64,000 bases of DNA from a virus. Location: the IMG/VR virus record IMGVR_UViG_3300031656_000001; one strand, written 5' to 3'. Positions 58,375 through 64,000 of the stretch are shown here, piece after piece. Under the pieces are notes generated by a model that had not been told where the DNA came from, did not search any database, and worked only from the letters and a program-made list of their open reading frames with translations. The position numbers were made by a program, and so were the translations under genes. How positions within the stretch are numbered: position 1 is the stretch's first letter; every line of letters begins with the position of its first letter.

Positions 58375-58608
58375 TTACTGTAATGATTCTATCTTTAAAT
58401 TAAGTGTCGTTTCTAATTCTAGTTGACTTGTCTTTAAATAATCTGACTGTATTTCGTTTGCACATGATATTGTGCTATTGAATCTTTTCAAGTTTTTAAT
58501 ATATTCTTTTGCACCTCTAAGTTGTATTAGATTTGTACATGATGAAATCACTCTGCCAGCTTTCTTGTAATTATCAAAAATCGATGATGTGTTTTCTTTG
58601 AAGTCCAT
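58375..58608 (-). CDS. Hypothetical protein
   Basis: KAGRVISSCTNLIQLRGAKEYI motif; 77 aa. Confidence 0.6.
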   Translation of the reverse strand: MDFKENTSSIFDNYKKAGRVISSCTNLIQLRGAKEYIKNLKRFNSTISCANEIQSDYLKTSQLELETTLNLKIESLQ

Positions 58609-58609
58609 A

Positions 58610-59062
58610 TTAATTAACGTTTAAATATTTAAGTACACTTTCCCAGTTTGGATGTGCTTCAGTACCGAATTGAATAAGTTCACCTTTAAATTCACCTGCA
58701 CCGTTTGCTGTTCTATCATCAATTAGATATTCTCCAATCATAAGATTTTTGTGGTGGCTTGTGATTAAACGCTTGTAAGCAGGTTTACCTAAATACTTTT
58801 GTACCCATTGTTTTTTTGCTTTGACAGCGCCGATGCTCTTCCAAGGTGCAGAGGTTAATAGATATACATCAAACACCTTAACTAATTTATTGAAAGCTTC
58901 AATTGCACCGGGCATCGGTACAGCTTCATAAAATAATTCAGGATCTTCATCCAACAAATCACCAATACTTGAAACTGATTCAGGTCCATATTTATCGGTA
59001 CATGCTTTGAATATGTCTACGAGGACACCATCCATATCTAAGTACATTATCTTTTTTGCCAT
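58610..59062 (-). CDS. 5'(3')-deoxyribonucleotidase (NT5C-like HAD)
   Basis: Start at 59062 (MAKKIMYLDMDGVL); PMPGAIEA, LTSAPW, K...WV and LIDD motifs. Confidence 0.88.
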   Translation of the reverse strand: MAKKIMYLDMDGVLVDIFKACTDKYGPESVSSIGDLLDEDPELFYEAVPMPGAIEAFNKLVKVFDVYLLTSAPWKSIGAVKAKKQWVQKYLGKPAYKRLITSHHKNLMIGEYLIDDRTANGAGEFKGELIQFGTEAHPNWESVLKYLNVN

Positions 59063-59063
59063 A

Positions 59064-59273
59064 TTATTTTGTAGTTTTTGAGTTTGATGATTTAAAAAGA
59101 ACTGAAGATAAGACATTAATACCTAATGCTTGCCAAAATCCTATTGAGTTTACACCGTCAATTGCCGATACTAAACAGTTATTCCAAAGCCACTGTGTTG
59201 GCCAAGCCATAAATACTGCTAGTATTGTAATACCTAAAATTCCTAGTGCGAATGCTGCGAATGTTTCTTTCAT
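59064..59273 (-). CDS. Small 2-TM membrane protein
   Basis: WLWN...IGFWQALG motif; downstream of an early promoter. Confidence 0.65.
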   Translation of the reverse strand: MKETFAAFALGILGITILAVFMAWPTQWLWNNCLVSAIDGVNSIGFWQALGINVLSSVLFKSSNSKTTK

Positions 59274-59292
59274 AATTATTGTTTTGTTTTTA

Positions 59293-59332
59293 TTATACTG
59301 CTAATATACAACTTTTATTTGACATAAAAAAA
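59293..59332 (-). promoter_or_regulatory. Early promoter copy
   Basis: TTTTTTTATGTCAAATAAAAGTTGTATATTAGCAGTATAA. Confidence 0.75.
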
Positions 59333-59345
59333 TATTTGCGGACTT

Positions 59346-59591
59346 TTATTCCACAAATATGTATTTTTTTATTTTATATTTCTTCATCCATGATTCAATG
59401 AAAGATAAACCCACGCCAAGTTCTATGATTTCGTGCTTATGATCAATGAGCGGTTTAGTAGCTCTACCATTATTTACGATATCAACATGTTTTAGTGTAA
59501 CTAGCATGTAATGTGTTTTACTTCTAAGATTCTTTTTATAAACAGCTACAGTAACCGGTTTATCAAATGCTTTTATTTTCTTTATTTCCAT
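59346..59591 (-). CDS. Hypothetical protein
   Basis: 81 aa coupled ORF. Confidence 0.55.
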   Translation of the reverse strand: MEIKKIKAFDKPVTVAVYKKNLRSKTHYMLVTLKHVDIVNNGRATKPLIDHKHEIIELGVGLSFIESWMKKYKIKKYIFVE

Positions 59592-59926
59592 AATAGTTGT
59601 ACTAATATCAATGCTGTTGCTAATCCTAGTGAAACAAATGTTTTCATATTAACACCTTCGCCCATAAAATACCATGTAAGAAATGCAAAGGATGTAATGC
59701 CCATTGAAAATCCTATAAATCTACCTGGCCAAATTGCTCCATCATAATATATTGCAATATATGCAGTAGCTCTAATAAACATATAACTAATAATAGTTCC
59801 TCCAACAGCTGCAATCAATAATGGATTTCTTTTTGCCCATGGATATAGAAATTGGCTATTTGTTTGAAACCAAATAAGTGTTTGTCCTGTCAAGAACAAT
59901 AACATTCCAGTAATTAATCCTCTCAA
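59582..59926 (-). CDS. 4-TM small membrane protein (SMR/DMT-like)
   Basis: Four hydrophobic helices; YFMGEGVNMK...LGL resembles the DMT signature. Confidence 0.6.
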   Translation of the reverse strand: MRGLITGMLLFLTGQTLIWFQTNSQFLYPWAKRNPLLIAAVGGTIISYMFIRATAYIAIYYDGAIWPGRFIGFSMGITSFAFLTWYFMGEGVNMKTFVSLGLATALILVQLLWK

Positions 59927-60555
59927 AACAACGTACTGGTTTTAGTTAGCATGTGGCTTATGAAAGAATACCTGTGGTGTTTAGTTGTACCCGCTTCAAC
60001 GATAGCATCTCTATGTTGTTTAGTACCATATCCTTTATTTGATCCCCAACCATATGCTTCATTTTCTTTACTAAGAGATTTCATAAGAAGATCTCTTTCA
60101 GTTTTTGCAAGAATTGAAGCTGCTGCAATATTAGTGTATATGTTATCTCCACCAACTACTGTTTCAAAGGGAACACCATCATATCCATGGAATTGATCTC
60201 CATCTACTAATATGAAATCAAACTTATGGGTTTTAGAAACTTCATCTAAGCAAAGTTTCATACCATGTAATGTGGCTTTTAAAATGTTTGTGTTTTCTAT
60301 TTCTTCAACAGGAATATGGACAACTGACCATGCGAGTGCATTTTCCAGTACCATTTTGCGAGCTTCAGCTCTCATAGGTTCAGATAATAATTTACTATCC
60401 TTAATAAGTTCGTGTTGAAAACCAAAGGGCATGATACATGCCGCTACAGTTACTGGTCCTGCGAGTGCGCCTCGGCCAGCTTCATCTAGTCCAATTTCGG
60501 TAATACTAGGATTACCGCTATGACTGTGTTTTAATAAAATGTGAATTGGATTCAT
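59923..60555 (-). CDS. rnhB: Ribonuclease HII
   Basis: GLDEAGRGALAGPV, DSKLL, VDG, IAAASILAKTERD, NKGYGT and HRYSF motifs. Confidence 0.95.
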   Translation of the reverse strand: MNPIHILLKHSHSGNPSITEIGLDEAGRGALAGPVTVAACIMPFGFQHELIKDSKLLSEPMRAEARKMVLENALAWSVVHIPVEEIENTNILKATLHGMKLCLDEVSKTHKFDFILVDGDQFHGYDGVPFETVVGGDNIYTNIAAASILAKTERDLLMKSLSKENEAYGWGSNKGYGTKQHRDAIVEAGTTKHHRYSFISHMLTKTSTLF

Positions 60556-60600
60556 GTATTTCTAATTTAATAGTTATACATGAATCCAATGAATTGTTTC
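60545..60600 (-). promoter_or_regulatory. 15-bp hairpin sequestering the rnhB start codon, overlapping a GAAAC-N17-TATAA promoter
   Basis: attggattcatgtat (60545-60559) pairs with atacatgaatccaat (60576-60590). Confidence 0.8.
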
Positions 60601-61298
60601 TAAAATTTAGATTCGTTTTCAGATTTCCATACGTCATATCTTTCTACAACTTCTTGTAAAATCTTAGCACGTACAATATCTTTGTTACCGAATATGTGTA
60701 CACCTACGCCTTTAACACCATCTAATATACCTATAAAATTAGGTAAACTAACATGCTTTCTAGTAATATCGTGTTGGCTTACATCTCCTGTGATTAATAC
60801 CTTACTATCTCTACCCATTCTTGTTGTGAATAACATAAGTTGTTTAAACGATGCATTTTGTGCTTCATCTAAAATCATTAATGAGTTGTCAAATGTATCA
60901 CCTCTCATATATGCTAATGGTTCAAATCTAATTGTTTTACTATCGAATAAAAGTTTTGCTTGAGTAACTCCGATAATTTTAGTAATATTGGAAATATATG
61001 AATTCATATATGGATCCATCTTTTCTTCCTTAGTTCCTGGTAAAAAACCTAATTTCTCACCAGCTTCTTGTATTGGTTTACAAAGAATGATTTCTTTGAT
61101 CTTTTTTTGTTGTAATAATTTAAGTGCTACGAAACATGCTGTAAATGTTTTAGAAGTTCCTGCTGGTCCATAACAAAATGTTATTTCGTTTTCTTCTATT
61201 TGTCTTACATATTGTTGTTGGGATTGTCTAAGAGTAACTCGCTTTAAGCTAGTTTCAATTGTACCCGCCTTTTCTTTTCTTCCGTTTCCTTTTGTCAT
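60600..61298 (-). CDS. phoH: PhoH-family ATPase
   Basis: GPAGTSKT, LGFLPG, PLAYMRGDTF, DEAQN, TRMG and GDVSQHD motifs. Confidence 0.95.
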   Translation of the reverse strand: MTKGNGRKEKAGTIETSLKRVTLRQSQQQYVRQIEENEITFCYGPAGTSKTFTACFVALKLLQQKKIKEIILCKPIQEAGEKLGFLPGTKEEKMDPYMNSYISNITKIIGVTQAKLLFDSKTIRFEPLAYMRGDTFDNSLMILDEAQNASFKQLMLFTTRMGRDSKVLITGDVSQHDITRKHVSLPNFIGILDGVKGVGVHIFGNKDIVRAKILQEVVERYDVWKSENESKF

Positions 61299-61325
61299 AT
61301 ATTATAAATTTAAGTTATACTGTGT

Positions 61326-61586
61326 TTAGTCACCTGCCATTATGACAAGTTCTTTTAGCTTCATTAACTTTGTACATTTCTCGTATTCTTCTAGCGATTC
61401 AAAATACTTAACCATTAGGTCAATAAATTTACTGCGCTGTTTAATACCATGAGGTATCTCAACGATACGATCACTGTCTTTAAATGCTATGAAGCGATTT
61501 ACTGTTTTGGTGAAGTTTCTAGTTATTTGATAATAACTAGCTCTCATCAAGCTATCTTTGTCTGAGTTGGAAATAAACCCTGCCAT
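61326..61586 (-). CDS. Small protein with C-terminal UVR (UvrB/UvrC)-like motif
   Basis: YFESLEEYEKCTKL. Confidence 0.65.
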   Translation of the reverse strand: MAGFISNSDKDSLMRASYYQITRNFTKTVNRFIAFKDSDRIVEIPHGIKQRSKFIDLMVKYFESLEEYEKCTKLMKLKELVIMAGD

Positions 61587-61716
61587 CTTAATATTGGTAT
61601 ATTTTGGGGAACTTGTAGTTTAATACTACTCGTTCTCATTTGTATATATTAATTAAAATATTTATCTAAATCACAATTTTAAGTATGTAATATTAGGATA
61701 TTTTATTAATATGTTA

Positions 61717-61899
61717 TTAAGAATGTTCTTTGGTTTGTAAATATTTAGCCTTTTGATGCTTTAGGCGATTTTTAGCCGATGGCTTGATAAAATTCTTTAG
61801 TTCTCTTAGTTTTTTTAATTGTTTAGTTTTAATAACTTTTCTTTTATATTGCTTTAATGCTTTGTCTATATTACCTTTATTAACTTCAATTATTAACAT
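61717..61899 (-). CDS. rpsU: Phage-encoded ribosomal protein bS21 (Bacteroidota type)
   Basis: MLII...NIDKALKQYKRK...LR...FIKPS...KAKY resembles flavobacterial bS21. Confidence 0.9.
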   Translation of the reverse strand: MLIIEVNKGNIDKALKQYKRKVIKTKQLKKLRELKNFIKPSAKNRLKHQKAKYLQTKEHS

Positions 61900-62159
61900 A
61901 CGAGTTTTATTTGTTTTTTTATATTTAAAATTTTAGTACACTTTTCGAATTCTTCTTTGGTTTCGAAATAATCTAACATTGCGCCTAATATTACGTTTTT
62001 GCGATCAGTTGCTAAGTCAGATGCTATTACATATGTAGGGTGACTTGTCATTGCCATATATAACGCATTAAAAAATAAGTCTTCATCATTAACTATAATT
62101 CCATCGATTATAGGAAACCATGGTTTATCATTAATATCACTGGAGAAATAGTCTTTCAT
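61893..62159 (-). CDS. Small protein with C-terminal UVR-like motif
   Basis: YFETKEEFEKCTKI. Confidence 0.65.
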   Translation of the reverse strand: MKDYFSSDINDKPWFPIIDGIIVNDEDLFFNALYMAMTSHPTYVIASDLATDRKNVILGAMLDYFETKEEFEKCTKILNIKKQIKLVC

Positions 62160-62950
62160 ATTGTGTTCTTTACTTTCTCTATATATTCCAGTTGTTCGTC
62201 ATTAAGTTCAGAATATCTAGAATTTAATTTGCATAAAAGAGCACCTTTTTTACCAGTACCATATATTGGATAGCCTCTATCTTTAATTCTAAGTGATTTA
62301 CCAGGGTAACTGTTTTTAGGAATGTTAATAGAGATCTCACCATCCGGTGTATTTACATTCACTTTAGTTCCTAAGAATATATCATACCAATCCATATTCA
62401 ATTCTATCCAAATATCATTGTCTTGTAAAATCCATTCTGAATTATGAATGACATGTACATTTATGATTAGATCGCCATTAGGAAGAGTGCTATTATATTG
62501 ATGAGGTTGACCTTTACCAGGAACTCTTAGCTTCATGCCTGTTTTTAGACCAGGTTTAAAATCTATTTTAATCTCTTGGCCATTAATAGGAAATTGTTTT
62601 GAGGTACCAGAATACGCTTCGTCGAAACTGATATGTAAATCTAATCGAACGTCTAATCCTTTAGGTGCTCGTTGTGGGTTGAAAGCATTGCCGAAAACTT
62701 GATCAAACATGTCTGCCATATTAAAATTGGCATCAAATCCTGAGAAGTTCTGATAATTACCGACGTTGTCATATTCTTCCCTAGAAGACTCGGATCCTAT
62801 CTTTTCATATGCTTCAGCAATCTCTTTGAATTTAGCATCAGCGCCATCGTTCTTATCTGGATGATGCTCCTTAGCTAGTTTACGGTACGCTTTCTTTATA
62901 TCGTTTTGAGTAGAACTTTTATCTACACCTAATACGTTATACGGATCCAT
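62156..62950 (-). CDS. DnaJ-class co-chaperone (CbpA-like, no Zn finger)
   Basis: J domain DPYNVLGV...HHPDKN...FKEIAEAY; G/F region; DnaJ C-terminal domain. Confidence 0.92.
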   Translation of the reverse strand: MDPYNVLGVDKSSTQNDIKKAYRKLAKEHHPDKNDGADAKFKEIAEAYEKIGSESSREEYDNVGNYQNFSGFDANFNMADMFDQVFGNAFNPQRAPKGLDVRLDLHISFDEAYSGTSKQFPINGQEIKIDFKPGLKTGMKLRVPGKGQPHQYNSTLPNGDLIINVHVIHNSEWILQDNDIWIELNMDWYDIFLGTKVNVNTPDGEISINIPKNSYPGKSLRIKDRGYPIYGTGKKGALLCKLNSRYSELNDEQLEYIEKVKNTI

Positions 62951-62956
62951 AAAAAT

Positions 62957-63163
62957 TTAGTCTAAGTTGGGTGAAACGTGTGTTACTTTTTCTGGATCTA
63001 TAGATACCTTTTCTCTAAGATCAGCTCTAAGATTCTTTTCTTGTAGTTTTTCTAAAACAGCAGTTCTTTTTTCAGCAACTTCGCTATTCTTATTAGATTT
63101 TTCTAGAGCATCTGCTATTCTTTTTAATTGAACAACTAACTCTTTTGTAATTTTATCTTCCAT
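62957..63163 (-). CDS. Hypothetical coiled-coil protein
   Basis: LKRIADALEK. Confidence 0.55.
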   Translation of the reverse strand: MEDKITKELVVQLKRIADALEKSNKNSEVAEKRTAVLEKLQEKNLRADLREKVSIDPEKVTHVSPNLD

Positions 63164-63917
63164 GTCTATTCTTTACTAAGTCTGACTCACCGTTTTGAAA
63201 ATCTTGGTAAGGCAATGATTTATCTTTTTGGCCAGCGTGTGGGCCGTTTACCATTATAGTGTCTTTATACGGATTTGTTTCACCGTCTAGGCCCTGTTCT
63301 TTTAGTTTACGACTCAACCAAGAATGCATATCTTCTAACTTTCCGTTAAAGTGTCTGATTCTTTCTAGATCTGAATTCTCACTAGCAAAATCCTCATACA
63401 ATTTAATGTACTTCATTTTGTTTTGGTGGGATTCTTTAATATTTAATACGGATTTGATAGCATCTATGAATACTGATTCTGGTACTCTATGTCCACCATT
63501 GTATTTTGTGTGATAAAAACTACCTGAACCGATGTGCCCAAAGTATCTCATTACTTGTTCACCATTTATAACAGTATCGCTTTTCCCTAGGTATACATTG
63601 TGAGTAGTACCGAAATTTAATCTTGTATCATCTACTACGGGGTCAAACGTCCTATCAACAACTGCTGGGTTAAATAGAAGAGTTTCTATTCCAAGCTTAC
63701 TCCCAATCAAATACGCAACATATCCACCCATAGATGATCCTACGATTAAATCTGGTTTTAGTTGTTTAATTGATGAATATAATTTATCAAATGTTTTTTT
63801 ATTTCTATATGCAATTGATGGAGCAAATACTTCATCAAACGTTTCTCTTAAGAATATGATCTTAGGGTCTTTTTCGTCTATGCTAGATTCTAAACCGTGT
63901 AAATATGCTATCTTCAT
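63153..63917 (-). CDS. YqiA-like alpha/beta hydrolase fused to a tagged C-terminal domain
   Basis: YLHGLES, GSSMGG, NPA, D and GGH catalytic pattern; internal MKYIKLYEDF at ATG 63416. Confidence 0.8.
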   Translation of the reverse strand: MKIAYLHGLESSIDEKDPKIIFLRETFDEVFAPSIAYRNKKTFDKLYSSIKQLKPDLIVGSSMGGYVAYLIGSKLGIETLLFNPAVVDRTFDPVVDDTRLNFGTTHNVYLGKSDTVINGEQVMRYFGHIGSGSFYHTKYNGGHRVPESVFIDAIKSVLNIKESHQNKMKYIKLYEDFASENSDLERIRHFNGKLEDMHSWLSRKLKEQGLDGETNPYKDTIMVNGPHAGQKDKSLPYQDFQNGESDLVKNRHGR

Positions 63918-63932
63918 TTCTAATCTTTATTA

Positions 63933-63972
63933 TTATAATACTAATGTACAACTAATGTTTGACATAAAAAAA
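63933..63972 (-). promoter_or_regulatory. Early promoter copy
   Basis: TTTTTTTATGTCAAACATTAGTTGTACATTAGTATTATAA. Confidence 0.7.
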
Positions 63973-64000
63973 CATTTGCTGAATTAGTTTAAACTTTAGG

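Noticed and set aside
61547-61639. 30-codon ORF (MRTSSIKLQ...) overlapping the start of the UVR gene
   Set aside because: Too short and has no independent support.
36005-62950. Bacterial chromosome origin suggested by rpsA, rpsU, dnaJ, rnhB and phoH
   Set aside because: These genes are divergent, share phage promoter motifs and are interspersed with T4-like replication and tail genes.
550-63513. All plus-strand ORFs in the track
   Set aside because: They lie antisense to longer minus-strand genes, have shadow-like composition and lack recognisable motifs.
1-64000. Stop-codon reassignment, tRNA/rRNA genes, transposases, DGR reverse transcriptase
   Set aside because: Genes are full length and densely packed under the standard code. 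No cloverleaf, transposase or RT motifs were recognised by eye; tRNAscan-SE and Infernal were not run.

Overview
This window is an AT-rich segment of a large T4-like (jumbo) myophage genome, with essentially all real genes on the minus strand; the plus-strand ORFs look like antisense shadows. Several signals point to a Bacteroidota, probably Flavobacteria, host: Bacteroidota-type ribosomal proteins S1 and bS21, Bacteroidota-like early promoters, A-rich leaders without Shine-Dalgarno sites, a BACON domain and a flavobacterial-style lipoprotein. Read in the direction of transcription (right to left) it has four parts. (1) An early/middle accessory region: alpha/beta hydrolase, DnaJ, two UVR-motif proteins flanking bS21, PhoH, RNase HII, two HAD phosphatases and a UV endonuclease. 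(2) A terminator-insulated late cluster of proteins sharing an N-terminal MKHIKxFxxFxNE tag, followed by dCMP deaminase and a DinG helicase. (3) A long tail/baseplate module (gp48-, gp53-, gp27-, gp5-, gp13-, gp25-, gp6- and gp3-like genes, large fibre proteins, a collagen/PT-linker/Hint protein) into which an S1 gene and an amidoligase gene are inserted. (4) A replication/recombination block (RuvC-like, gp32, primase, UvsY, UvsW) followed by two more tagged proteins. The best candidate for an undescribed system is a family of at least 8 unrelated proteins with a T4-like capsid-targeting tag and [ILV]xE protease sites. Their cargoes include a GNAT, a HEXXH peptidase, a ligase-like NTase, a polyprotein and a fusion-peptide-like pro-peptide, which suggests a virion-packaged, protease-matured injected effector set. 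Other notable items are a poly-Gly/Hint self-activating tail fibre, three promoter classes readable from sequence, a hairpin that hides the RNase HII start codon, and a UV endonuclease gene bracketed by a 32-bp promoter repeat. All assignments come from motif recognition by eye; no database searches were run.
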